From: the human T2T-CHM13v2.0 reference genome, Homo sapiens
NCBI RefSeq assembly: GCF_009914755.1
Contig: NC_060947.1
Length of the DNA stretch: 64,000 nt
Strand: one strand, 5' to 3'
Of the stretch, positions 31,093 to 45,595 are shown one piece after another. The number at the start of each line of letters is the position of its first letter. Position 1 is the stretch's first letter. A model generated the notes under the pieces. That model was not told the DNA's origin, made no database searches, and saw nothing but the letters and a program-made list of their open reading frames with translations. The position numbers were made by a program, and so were the translations under genes.

Positions 31093-32313
31093 TCAATTTC
31101 CAATATTTCTTTGCTAGTACATAGAAATATAATTCACTTTTATGTGTTGATCTTGTATACGATAACCTTGCTAAACTCACTTATTATTTCTAGTAATTTT
31201 GTAAATCCTGTAAGCTTTTCTACACAGACAATCATGTCATCTGTGAAGTGTGATAGTTTCACTTCTTCCTTTCCACTATAGGCGCTCTTTCTTTTTTTGT
31301 CTTATTGCATTGACTAAAACCTACAATATAATGTTGAATAGAAGTGGTCAGAGTGTATATCTTTGCCCTTTTCTTGATCTTCAGAAGAAAACATTTAGTC
31401 TTTCACTATTGAGTATGATATTAGCTATATGTTTTTCATACATGATCTTTATCAGGTTGATGAAGTTGCCTCTACTCCTGGTTTGTTGATAGTTTATCAG
31501 GAATAGGTGTTAGATTTTGTCAAATGTTTTTTCTCCATCGAGATTATCATATAGTTTTTCTTTTTTAGTTTGTTAATTTTTTGAATTACATTGACTATTG
31601 ATAGATTTAGTATTCCTGGAATTAAACTCTTCTTGGTCGTGACGTACTACCATTTTTATATTTCACTAGATTCACTTTGCTAAAAATTTTGTTAAGAATT
31701 TTTGCATATATGTTTATGTGGGATACTAGTCTATAGTTTTCTTTTCTTGTATTTTCTTTGTCCGCTTTTGGTATCAGGGTAATGCTGGGCTCACAGAATG
31801 AATTGGGAAGTGGTACCTCCCCTGAAAGAGTTAGTGTGGAAATGGTATTATGCCTCCTTTTAATGTTTGATACAACTTTCCAGTGAAGTCATTTGGTCCT
31901 AGAATTCTTTTGTGAAAAGGCTTTTAACTACAACTTCAATTCCTTAATAGTTAGGAAACTATTCAGGTTGTCATATTCTTCTTCATTAAGCTTTGTTTGT
32001 ATATTTCAAAGAACTTGTCTATTTTACATAAGTTGTCTAATTTAGGAACGTGAAGTTGTTTGTCACATCCCCTTTTTATCTGTAGCATTGGAAATGATGT
32101 TTCTTCTCTCATTCTTGATATCAGTAATTTGTGTCTTCACTTTTTTTCTCCTGATCAGTCTGGCTACAGTTTCTCAATTTTATTGATTTTCTCAAGAAGC
32201 TTTTAGTGTCCTTGATTTTCTCTATTGTTTTTCTATTTTGGATTTTATTGATTTATGCTCTTTTCTTTATTATTTCCTTTTTCTGCTTATTTGACTTAAA
32301 TGTGCTCATTTTC

Positions 32314-32643
<330 letters not shown>

Positions 32644-33175
32644 CTATGGTTGAAGCTGCAGTCACTGCTTTAAGATTTTCCTTCTTTTGTAGTATAAATT
32701 TTTAGTGATATAAATTATCCTCTAAGCACTCATTTAGTAGCAACTCATATATTTTGATGTTTTTACATTTTTACATTGATACTGTATTGTAACGATATTT
32801 TTACATTGTTTTTACATTTTCATTCATTCAAAATACTTCCTAACTTACTTTAGGATTTCTTGTTTGTCCCATAGGTTATTTAGAAGTGTATTATTCAGTA
32901 TGCAAATATTTGAGTATTTTTTACTTATTTTTCCCTATGATTTATAATTTGATTCCATTGTGGTCAGAGAACATACTTTATAGGACTTGGATACTTACAA
33001 ATTAACTGAGATTTCCTCTATGGCCCTGAATATGGTCTGTATTGTTAAAAAGTTCCATGCATACTTATAAAGAATATGTATTCTACTATCATTGTATGGC
33101 ATGATCGATGTTAATTAAGTCAAGATTTTTGATAGTGTGGTTCAAGCCTTCTATAGACTTACAGATTTTCCTATA

Positions 33176-33535
33176 CAGTAGTCCCCCTCTTATCCACGGG
33201 GGATATGTTTCAAGACTCTGAGTGGATGCCTGAAACCATGGATAGTACTGAACCCTATATACTGTTTTTCTGATCAGATAACCAATATGGCTACTAAGTG
33301 ACTAACAAGTGGATAGCATATACAGCATGAAGATGCTGAAAAAATGGAGGATTCACTCCCAGGCAGGACAGAGTGGGATGGTGTAAGATTTTATCATGCT
33401 ACTGAGAACTGTGCACAACTTAAAACTTACGAATTTTTAATTTCTGGAAATTTCCCTTTGATATTTTTGGACTGCAATTGACTGTGGGTAACTGAAACTA
33501 TGGAAAGCAAAATCACAGATAAGGGGGGACTACTG
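33176..33535. mobile_element. Tigger7/MER44-family MITE
   Basis: TIRs cagtagtcccc...ggggggactactg with TA target duplication at 33174-33175 and 33536-33537. Confidence 0.85.
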
Positions 33536-34009
33536 TATTTATTCTATCGATTATTGAGGGAGAGGTATTGAAATCTCTAACTAAAATTATATTTTTTCTA
33601 TTTCTCCCTTTAGTTATACCGGTTTATACTTTGTCTATTTTGAAGCTCTGTTATTGAGTACACAAGCATTTAGGATTGTTAAGTCCTCTTGTTAAGTAGA
33701 CACTTTTATCACTATGGAATGACACTATTCTGGTAAAATTCTTGTATTACAATAGCCACTCCATTTTTCTTTTTCTCAGTTTTAGCAAGTATGTATTTTT
33801 CCACTACTATCTACATATCTTCTTATTTTAAAATGATTTTATACTTACAGGAGAGTTATAAAGATAACAGAGTGTTCCCATATACCCATCAGTCATATTC
33901 CCCTAATGTTAACATTATACATAATCCTGATAGATTTTCTCAAAATTAATAATAGTATTAATTAAACTACATACTTCATTGAGATTTCCCTTGTTATTTT
34001 ATTACTGAC

Positions 34010-34532
34010 TGTGAGTTTGGAGGTCCCAAAGACCACCTTCAGATTCAATAATCCACTAGAAAGACTCACAGAACTCTGAAAAGCCACTGTACTGACAGTT
34101 ACAGTTCATTACAGTGAAAGGATACACACTGAAATCAACAAGGGGAAGAGGCACATCAGGCAGAGTCCAAGAGACACCAGGCATAGAGTTTCTAGTTGTA
34201 CTCTCCCAGTAGAGTAATGCAGATAGCACTTATTTCTATGAGCAATGATGTATGACAATACACATGGAATATTGCCAACCAGGCAGATTACCTGAGCCAT
34301 GTCTAGAGTTTTTATTGGGAGTTGGTTACATAGACATGACTGAGTGCCTGCATTGCTGACCTTAATTCTCCAGATCCTCCAGAGGTTAAGCGATACTGCA
34401 TGGCTGAAGACCCCCAGGTAACCAAGTACATTCTTATCAAGCAGGACATTCCAAGGGCTTAGAGGTTACCTCCTAGGAGCCAGGAACAGAAAACCAAAAC
34501 TTCTTTGAGCAAGATTAATCCTTTACTGCATA
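34010..34532 (-). mobile_element. MER21-type LTR
   Basis: cccaaagaccaccttcagattcaataatccactagaaagactcacagaactc; ctgac duplicated at both flanks. Confidence 0.75.
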
Positions 34533-35707
34533 CTGACCTTTTCTGTTCCAGGATCCAATCCAGGATATCACATTGCACTTAGTTGTCATGTTTCCCTAGT
34601 CTCTTCCAATCTGTGACAGCTCTTGGTCTTTCTCTTTCATGACCTTGATGCTTTTGAGGAATAGTCATGAATATTGTAGAATGTTCCTCAATTTGGTTTC
34701 ATCTGATTTTTTTTTATCATGAGCAGATTGAGGTTATGAATTTGAGGGATGGATATCACCAAATCTTAGTCCCTTCTTATTGAATTATTTCAGGAAACAA
34801 GATTATGTCAACATGATTTATTACTAGTAATGTTAATCTTTATCACTTTGTTATGATGTTGTCTCCTGAGTTTTTCTGTTGCAAAGTTATTACTTTTTCT
34901 CTTTCCATACTTTTCATCAGAAGTGAGCCAAAGTCCCACTCATACTAAAGGGGAGTGGCATTAAGCTCCACCTTCTGGACAGAGGGGTATCAAAGACTTT
35001 GTGGTCATATCTTAAAATTACCACAGGGGAATTGCTTTGATGTTACACAGATAATCTGTTTCTCCTTAAAAGTTTTGCCCAGTAATTTCAGCATTCATCA
35101 GTGAATCGTGCCTTCAGCAACTACTGTGTTTTTCTAATAGTGATTTTCTGTTTCCTTCATTGCTTTCACAATTGTTAATTGGGATTCTTCTGTAAGGAAG
35201 ATATGTCCTGTCTCCCCTGCTTATTTGTTTATTCAGTCATTTACTTATGTCAGTATGGATGAAGGGACATTTATTTTATTCTTTGTATTATAATCGAATA
35301 GTACATTATTAATTATGTGGCACAAATTGTTACAGGTTTGGCTATTGTTAGATCTTTCAGGTTGGTTCTTGTGTTCCCTTTACATGACCCCATCCTTTTA
35401 TTGGTAGTTGCGGGGGGCATTTTCTTACTTCCTGGAACTATAAGGTGGTCCAGGCTCATCTTGTATTTTCCTTGTCCCAGACAAAGAATTCGCTATTTAT
35501 TTCTCCAAGGAGATCTGGTTCCTTTTGCTGGAAAATGGCATTTGGAAATCAAGCTCTTAAGATTAGGTGTGTTCATTGTTACTGGTGTGTCGCTGCTAGG
35601 AATGTCACAGAGCTAGGAAATTCATGTATGTATTCTAATCCATGTGTGCACACATACCTATTTTTATTTCTTTAGCTATTTATCTGTACACATTTAAATA
35701 TAAACAT

Positions 35708-36040
<333 letters not shown>

Positions 36041-36464
36041 AACATAAGTTCATACTGACATCTCCAGCTCAAACCCAGCACTACAGGGTTCCTTCTAGCC
36101 TTCTCCCTGCCCTTGCTTATTTTTACTTCTTTCTCCATAAGTCAGGAAAGAAAAACAGTTGACTACATTTGTGTTGGCCTATTTGGGGGTTCTCTATTCT
36201 GTTCTTTTGATCTTTATTTCTGGCTTTTTGTCAATACCACACTTTCCTCATTACTGTAGCTCTACAGTGAGTCTTGAAATTGGGTAGTTCAAGTTCTCCA
36301 ACTTTGTTTTCTCTTTTCAGAATTGTTTTGGCTATTTTTGCTCCTTTATTTTATCATGTTAATTTTAAAATCAGCTTGTTGGTACCTCAAAAGGGCTTTC
36401 TGGGAATGTGATTGAGATTATGTTGCATCTATAGATAAAATTAGGGAGAATTGCTATCTCAACT

Positions 36465-36814
36465 ATATATATATATATATATTTATTATACTTTAAGTTT
36501 TAGGGTACATGTGCACAACATGCAGGTTAGTTACATATGTATACATGTGCCATGTTGGTGTGCTGCACCCATTAACTCGTCATTTAACATTAGGTATATC
36601 TCCTAATGCTATCCCTCCCCCCTCCCCCCACCCCACAACAGGCCCCGGTGTGTGATGTTCCCCTTCCTGTGTCCATGTGTTCTCATTGTTCAATTCCCAC
36701 CTATGAGTAAGAACATGCAGTGTTTGGTTTTTTGTCCTTGCGATAGTTTGCTGAGAATGATGGTTTCCAGCTTCATCCATGTCCCTACAAAGGACATGAA
36801 CTCATCATTTTTTA
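36465..36814 (-). mobile_element. Short 5'-truncated L1PA4-like 3' end with (TA)n tail
   Basis: ttattatactttaagttttagggtacatgtgcacaac...; no clear TSD. Confidence 0.92.
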
Positions 36815-36851
36815 CTCCATGAGCATGGTCTGTCTTTCCATTTATTTAGAT

Positions 36852-37078
36852 CAGGGGTGTCCGTCCAATCTTTTGGCTTCCCTGGGCCACATTGGAAGAA
36901 GAATTGTACTGGGCCACACATAAAATACGCTAACAATAATGATAGCCGATGAGCCAAAAAAAATAAATCACAAAAACATCTCACAATGTTTTAAGAAAGT
37001 TTACGAATTTGTGTTGGGCCACACTGAAAGCCATCCTGGGCTGCATGTGGCCCGCAGGCTGTGGGTTGGACAAGCTTA
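36852..37078. mobile_element. MER30 (hAT MITE)
   Basis: caggggtgtcc...ttggacaagctt; 8-bp TSD atttagat at 36844-36851 and 37079-37086. Confidence 0.9.
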
Positions 37079-38376
37079 ATTTAGATGATCTTTTATTTTT
37101 CTTTTTTAAATTTTTCAGCATATAGATCTCACACATATTTATGTATACACACACACACACCCCTAAGTACTTCATTTTTGGCAATATTGTAGATGTTATA
37201 TTTTAAAATTTCAAATTCTGATTGTTCATAGATAGTACATAGGATACAACTGACTTTTGTATATGACAACGTATCCTGTAACTTTGCTAGCTCACTTACT
37301 AGTTCTGGGTAATTTTTTTTGTAGATTTGTACTATTTTCTACATAGACAATAACGTCTGGAAATAGAGTTGTATTTCTTCTTTTCCAATCTGAATGCTTT
37401 TTATTTCTTTTCCTTATCTTATTGCGCTGTCTAGAACTTGTAGCATAATGTTGAATAAGAATGATCAAAGAGGACACCTTTGCCTTGCTTCTGATCTTAG
37501 GGAGAATGCATGCAATTTCTCTTCATTCAGTATGATATAACTTGTAGGTTTTTGTAGATGCCACTTATTGGGTTAAATAATTTTCATTCTATTCCTAGTT
37601 TGCTATGAGTTTTTAAAAATCACAAATGGATATTCAGTTTTGTCAAATCCTTTCTCTGCATCTACTGAGATAATTATACGATGTGTTGTATTTAGCCTGT
37701 TAATATGGTGAATTACAATGATTGATTTTCAAATGTTGAAACAGCCTTGCATTCCTGGCATGAACCCCTTTGTTGTGATATGTTTTTATATCTATATATA
37801 AAATCATATTTACATATATCTATATATAAAACGAATATTTTGGGGAAGATTTTTATGTCATGCTCGTGAGGGATATTGGTCTACAGTTTTTTTTCCTGTC
37901 GTATCTTTTTCTGGTTGTGGTATTTGGGCAATGCTGGCCTAATAAAATGAATTGGGAAGTGTTCCCTCCTCTTTTTTCTGGAAGAGTTTATGTGTTGTGA
38001 AATTTTGGCAAGGATATGGAGCAATTGGAACTCTCATGCATTGTTTGTGGGAACGTAAAATGGTACAGCCTCTGAGGAAACAGTTTGGTGGTTCCTCAAT
38101 CAATCAAATGTGTAGAATTATCATATGACCCATTAATTCTACTCCTAGGTATATACCCAAAATACAGATTCTCCTTGACTTATGATGGGGTTATGTCCTG
38201 ATAAACCCACTATAAGTTGAACTATCACAAGTAAAAAATGCACTTAAACATTCCTAACCTACTGAACATCACAGCTTAGCCCAGCCTACCTTAAATACAC
38301 TCAGAACACTTACATTAGCCTACAGTTAGGCAAAATTATCTGGCAACATAGAACACAATAGAGTATTGGTTGTATA

Positions 38377-40351
38377 TGTTGGGTTATTGTAAACCACAAA
38401 AATAACCAAGTTTCTTTGTCAATTGTGTTTCTAACTGTATCCAAACTGGACATTTTGTTATTTACAGACAATTGTTATTTTGTTTTAATTCTCTTCAAAA
38501 CATGGTTTATATTCAAGCTGTGGGACTTTAACAGGTGCTCTCAAATGCAGGTTTCCAACAACAACACACACACACAAAAGAAGTACAGAACTCATAAAAA
38601 GCGAAAATGTTTATAAATATCAAGATATCAAGCAAAACAAAAGTTAATAAAATTGATTAAACCAATAAAAAGCAAAAACAAGTTTTTACCTTTTGCTTAG
38701 AACACTGCTAATCCTTATCTTACTTTTCGAAGTCAAGAAAACTTGTCTTAAGCTAGCTACAGCCTTTAACAACTAAGTAAATTATACTCTTGTAAATAGG
38801 ATTTAAAGTGTGTTTGTTTCTCTCTACCTAGTTCCTCTACAATTTGAAAACTAGTTATAAGTTTTCTTAAATTACAACAATATCGTTGTTTGCATCAGTG
38901 CAATAAGACTCTGTTTTCTTTTGTAACAGAACGCAATGGGAAAAACTGGTTGTTTTACCAAGGCTTTGACTGGAATGGTGTGCTCTCCTTTAAGGAATCA
39001 AACTTAACTTATGGAACCAATAAAGCCCTTGGAAAACTGGCCTTATATTTTGTGTACACAGTCCCTGTACAGGGTTTGTGATCTGTAGTAAGTAAAGAAT
39101 GTCACTTTCTAACAGGCCAGGAACCCCAAGTTATCTTAAAACCTCAAGAGAAAAGGAATTTGCCCAACTCATAGGTATTTGATAGTACAAATCCATGGCT
39201 GGGCTCGGCTTTAAAAAGTCTTATCCCAAATTCCTTCTATGAAACAAAGTTCCATCAAAGCCAATTTAAAAGGCCTATATAGCAAATAATTATTCTTGCT
39301 GCACTGTATACAAATAATTAAGCCAAGTATAATAAAGCAAACCAGTCCTACCATAATTTGTCTTTTAATAAAATGGGAAACTGGAGAATGAAAATTATGT
39401 TTCAAAAACTGTAGCACACCTGTTGTTAAATTCTAGCCTTGCGTAATGTTTTTCAATTTTTATCATTTGCTACAGTTTAAATTATATCCTTTAGAAAAAC
39501 CAACTCCTGGTTACATCACACTCAAGTCAAAGCCTGAAAAGCTAAGGAAGCAACCCCTAACAGCCCAGAGAAACATCCTAAATATCAATGTAAAGAAATA
39601 AGAAATCTTAAGCTGAAAATCCCAAAAATAAGTAACTGAGTGAGAATTACTCATCTTACTCAGTCTCACCCCTACAAATACTTTTTGTCGTTTCTCTCCT
39701 TTTAAGCCAAATATTAAAACCTTTTTAATGGAAATTATTTACTATGCCACCCTTGTGGGAATTGCTTTACTCACTCTACTATTTGCAGTAGGACTATATG
39801 CTGTAGCACCCTCAGGGTGGAATATCAGAAAATCTCAATTACTGTAGCATTTTGCTTAATTATTAGCCTCATAGCAGGAATAACAGTTACTAACAAAAAA
39901 ATAACACACGGGCCTTTCCAAACATGCGGCTCTGCCTCTCATTGGGTGAGGAATGTTTCTATCTCAACCAGTTGGGCCCAGTAAAACGTGCTGCTGAAAA
40001 ACTAAAAATAATAATAATAAAAGGGGGGCTAAAGAGCTAAGGAAATACCAAAACAACCAAATAAATTATTGGTTTAAAAACAAAATCACAGCATGGGTCA
40101 ACCCATTCCTGGGCCCTCTCCTAATAATATGCCTAGGACTAATGTTCTTGCCCTGCCTAATTAACATTTTTCAAAGATTTTTAACTGACAGGATCACGGC
40201 CACCTCACAGGCAAGTACCCAAAAACATCTACAGATGGTGTTGCTCCAGCAGTCAATCCGAGACCAAGAAACTCTCCGCCCCACCCCTCAGCAGGAAGTA
40301 GCCAGAAAGAACACATCGCCCCTTGTCCTTTTATAACTATAGGGTCTGCAA
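38377..40351 (+). mobile_element. ERV1-class internal remnant (integrase C-terminus and env TM)
   Basis: aactcctggttacatcacactcaagtcaaagcc = SWLHHTQVK (IN C-terminal WIHH motif, ~39503); 40094-40210 encodes WVNPFLGPLLIICLGLMFLPCLINIFQRFLTDRI, a gamma-type Env membrane anchor and tail. Confidence 0.8.
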
Positions 40352-40920
40352 TGACAGAGCAGGAGTACTGTCATCTCAGACAAACACCGCCACTTTCAGT
40401 TCCAGCTCCCTTTCTATCCTCATGCATTTCAAGGAAATCACTTCTCTCCTAACTGCAAGCAACCAGAAAAGAGCAGACAGTAAAATACAGATAAGACAGC
40501 TCAGGCACTGAGCTGGGGCGGGCAGCGGCAGGGGCGGGCGGCGGGGGATGTCTCTTGGGTAACTGCCAAACTTCACCGTCATACAATGGGCCCCATGAAA
40601 CAGTGGGTCTTAATAAGCACATTCCTTCCCCTTCAGGTGCAGTAAGATAGGGAAGCTAAAAGCAGACTCTCCGGGGGGCGGGGGGAGGGGTGCGGCGGTA
40701 TGCCTGCAGCTGCAGGAAGATGTATGGGGACAGACACATAAGTCTCCCTCCCAGATAAGCACAACTAAGAGACACAAAAGCAGTCAAAGTCTCTGATAAA
40801 CTCTCCTGCCCTAAATCCTTAAAAACTCTTACCCCTCTCAGGTGTATTTCTCTAAAATGAACCTGTCTTTGACTGTTGAGCCACCTTTCATGTTTCTTTC
40901 CTCTTTCTTTAATTCTTACA
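40352..40920 (+). mobile_element. ERV1 3' LTR (LTR19-like)
   Basis: TG...CA termini (tgacagagcagg...ttcttaca) directly after env; family name from recalled consensus. Confidence 0.75.
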
Positions 40921-41821
40921 GTATACCCTTGTGAACACATGAATGACTGGGAGCTGTGGCTCGCTACCACTGCCCAGCATTGTGAGAGACTGTCATACCA
41001 CTTTCTACTCAATGTGTCATGTTTACACCATTGTAAAATTGAAACGTTGTAAGTTGGGGGACCATCTGTAATTGAAAACAGGTGTTCAAAGAAAAACTTG
41101 TACACTTACATTCGTAGAAGCACTAGTCACAAAAACCAAAAGATAGAAACTACCCAGTGTCCATCAACCAATGAATGGATAAACAAAATGTGGTATATCT
41201 ATACAATGGAATATTATTCAGTTATAAAAAGGATTGTGTCATGGATATGTGCCACGATATGGATAAACTTTAAAACTATGCTAAGTGAAAGAACCCAAAC
41301 ACAGAAGGCCACAGTATTTTATGATTTAATCTATATGGAATATCCAGAATAGGCAAATCTGTAGAGACAGAAAGCAGTAGTGGTTGCCAAGGGCTGAGGT
41401 GAGAGAGTGGGAAGTGATTGCTTAGTGGGTATAGAGTTTCCTTTTTGTAGTGATGAAAATATTCTGGAATTAGATAGTGATGATAGTTGCTCAAATTTGT
41501 GAATATACCAAATGAATAACCATTAAAATGGTTAGAATGGTGAATTTTATATGTATATTTGACCACAATAAAAAATGGATCATAGATCTAAATGTAAAAC
41601 ATAAAAGTGTAAAACTTCTAGAAGAAAACAAGGAAGAAAACCTCATGATCTTGGGTTTGCAAAGATTTCTTAGATATGACATGGAAAAGCACAATCCATT
41701 AAAATGTATTGATAAATTGGATTTTTAAATAAAAACCCTGTGCTGTATTAAAAGAAAACAAGCCAAAGACTAGGGTAAAATAATTGCAAAACATATACCT
41801 GACTCATATTAAGAATATGTA

Positions 41822-42105
41822 GATCAGGCATGGTGGCTCATGCCTTTAATCCCAGCGCTTTGGGAGGCCAAGGCAGGAGGATTGCTTGAGCCAGGAGTTT
41901 GAGACCAGCCTGGGCAACATAGTGAGACCTCATCTCTACAAGAATAAAAAACTAGCCAGGCATTGTGGTGCATTTCTGTAGTCGTACCTACTGGAGAGGC
42001 TGAGGCAAGCGGATCTTGAGCCCAGGAGATCAAGGATACAGTGAACTATGATTGTACCACTGCGTTCCAGCATAGGCAACACAGCAAGACCCTGTCTGAA
42101 AAAAA
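41822..42105 (+). mobile_element. AluJ
   Basis: ggaggattgcttgagcc diagnostic; TSD aatatgta. Confidence 0.9.
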
Positions 42106-42681
42106 TATGTAAAACAACTCTCAAAATGCTATAAGTAAACAACCCATAAAAATGGGCAAAAATCTTGAGCAGATGCTTTACCAAAAAATGACAAATAAGC
42201 ACATGAAAATATGTTCAACATTATCTGTCATTAGGGAAATGCAAACTACAACCACAACTAAATACCCCTACACACCTCTTAGAATGGCTAAAATAAAAAA
42301 GTCTGACCATACCAAGTACTTTAAAGGATGTGGGCCAACTGGAGCTCTTATACATTACACAGTTTCATATAAAATTAATCATACCACTCAGCAATCCCAT
42401 TTTTAGGTATTCCACCCAAGATAAATAAAAACTTATATACACACTAAAACCTGTGCATGAATGTTTTAAGCAGTCTTACTCACAATTGTCAACCTGGAAA
42501 GAACTCAAACGCCCTTCAACTGGTGTATCATGACTGTGGTGATGGCTCCACACATTTATCAAAACCCATAGAAATGTATACCAAAAGAAGCAGATTTGAC
42601 TATATGGAAAATTTTTAGAAAGGATTTGGGGGGGAACCCAAAGTGGAACACAAACTTTAAAAAATGAACGCAACTATCTTT

Positions 42682-42984
<303 letters not shown>

Positions 42985-44114
42985 CTATCTTATAAATTAA
43001 TAACACTACACTGAAGGGGGTGGGCAGAAAAGACAGAAATACATAACTTAGGACATAGTACTTTTATTGGATACTGTAAGGGTATAGACAAAAAACATTA
43101 TTCTCTAGTTAGTAAATTTGTTGTTCTCAGGGGTATGAGTTAGCAATTCTGAAAGTTCTTTATGTTAATACTAGAGTTGAACAAGTAAGTAAATATATCA
43201 TAGTTAGTGAGAGCTAGATTTCTCACTGTTATAATTAAGGAAATGGGAAAGGCTGGAATGAATCCTGTGGTGTTGGATTGGAATCAGAGGTGGAGAGAGA
43301 GAGAGAGACAGAGAGAGAATGAGAATGAATATATGTGCATGCATGGGTTAATATATATACATATATTTCCAAGCTTTCAAGTTAGCTGAGAGGGTCTAGA
43401 AGCAATAATAACTCAGTACCAGTGAGCACATATAGCAGTCAGATCTTGGTTTTTAAATACCATTCTCTAATAAAAGGAACCAGGGTTCCATGAAAAAGTA
43501 GTTGAATTGGAGCACCTTCTAGTCTGAAAAGGTAATGAAGTGCTTTTTTAAAAAGATGGAGGCATATCAAAAGAGCACCATAAACTAAACTGAAAGAGCT
43601 TGCAGTGGCCAAAGCTGGAATAATTTGAGACAGAAAATAAATAATGATAGATTATAACCCATAGATTAAAATAAATATGTGTGAGTCTAAATTGTTGTAA
43701 ATAAATAATTGAATAAATAAATAAATGGGGGTAAAAGGGACAACTCTTCCTTACTGAATAATTCTAATTAACAAATGTAGAAAGAGTGAGGGAAGTAGAA
43801 AATTGTTATTAGAATACTACAGTAATAATTGTTGCAGGGAAGATTGACCCATGGGTGCTAAAATTAGTGGGTAAAACCTTGATGAGAAAGTGTATTCACA
43901 TAGTTTCAAAGTACCTTCCCAAGATATTTATTAATTACAAAGGAAAAAATAGTAACTTTATGGTGAAGGAACCTAGTAGATACCACTGGGTTAATCAAGT
44001 GATCTAAGTTAATATCACCAGTAAGATGATGTAGCCATTATGTGACCACTGATATAATGCACTGAGAAGGACACATTGCTTCTGTAGTATTCTTGCCAAA
44101 AATGTGTAACCTCA

Positions 44115-44451
<337 letters not shown>

Positions 44452-45051
44452 TTACAGGACATTCTGCAAAATAGCTGACCAGTACTCTTCAAAAGTGTCA
44501 AGGTCATGAAAGATAAAGAAAGAGGAAGGGCCTCCCACAGATTAGTGGAGACTAAAGTGACATGAAAACTAAATTCCATGTGGTATCTTGAATTGGATCC
44601 TGGATCTGAATAAGGGACATTAGTGGAAGAACTGGCGAAGTAGGAATAAAGTGTGTAAGTCAGTTAATAATATTGTTCTAATGTCAATTTCTACTTTTTA
44701 TCATTATATCATAGTTATAAAACATGTTAACATGAAGGGAAACTTGGTGAAGGGAATATAAGAACTCTGTACTATTTTCTCAACTTTTTTATAAGTCTAA
44801 AAGTATTTCAAAATAAACAGTTAAATAAAAGTTCATGAATGATCATGATTTAAGAAATCTAGGTGTGGAATTGTTGGTCACATGGTAAGTATATGCTTAA
44901 CTTTACAAGAAACTGTTTAACTATTGAACTGTTGACCTTTACAAGAAACTGCTCAACCGAGGTGGTTATACCATTTCACACTCCCACCAGGAATTTATGG
45001 GAGCTTCAGTTGCTGTACATCTTCACCAACATGTGGTAGATCAATGTGTAT

Positions 45052-45595
45052 TATGGTAGTCAGCTTCTAAGATGGCCACAATGATACCCACCTCCTCATA
45101 TTCACTCTCTTGTGTAATCCCTTTCCTGAGTGTAGACTGGACTTACTGATTAACTTTCAATGAAGAGAATATAGCAAAAGTGATGTGAAGACACATCCAA
45201 GATTAAGTTATGAAAAGATTGTGGCTTCTGTCTTGGGTACTCTAGCTTGGATGACTTGCACTGGCAAAAGAAAGATCCCATGTTTTGAATAGCCCTATTA
45301 AGAGGTCCATATGGTGTAGCAAGGACCAAGATCCTTAGTTCATCAGCCCACAAAGAATTGAGGCCCTCCATTCAGGACCCATGTGAATGAGCTTAAAAGT
45401 GTGTCCTCCAGGTCCAGTCAATCGTTCTGATGACTGTATCCCCACGTGACATCTTGACTGCAGCCTCGTGAGAGACCTTGAGTCAGAGGCACCCAGCTAT
45501 ACCACTCACAGATTCTTAACCCACAGAAACTGTGACATAATTACTATTTGTTATTTTAAACTGCTAAGTTTTGGGGTAATTTGTTACTCAGTTAA
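45052..45595 (+). mobile_element. MLT1F-type LTR
   Basis: cagcttctaagatggccacaatgatacccacctcc...ctaagttttggggtaatttgttac; homologous to 25347-25842. Confidence 0.8.

Larger units (their letters stand above)
38165..41068. mobile_element. MER47 (Tigger5-derived) MITE split by an ERV insertion (38165-38376 and 40921-41068)
   Basis: TIRs cagattctccttgactta...taagttgggggaccatctg, TA flanks; halves rejoin at gtata. Confidence 0.8.
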
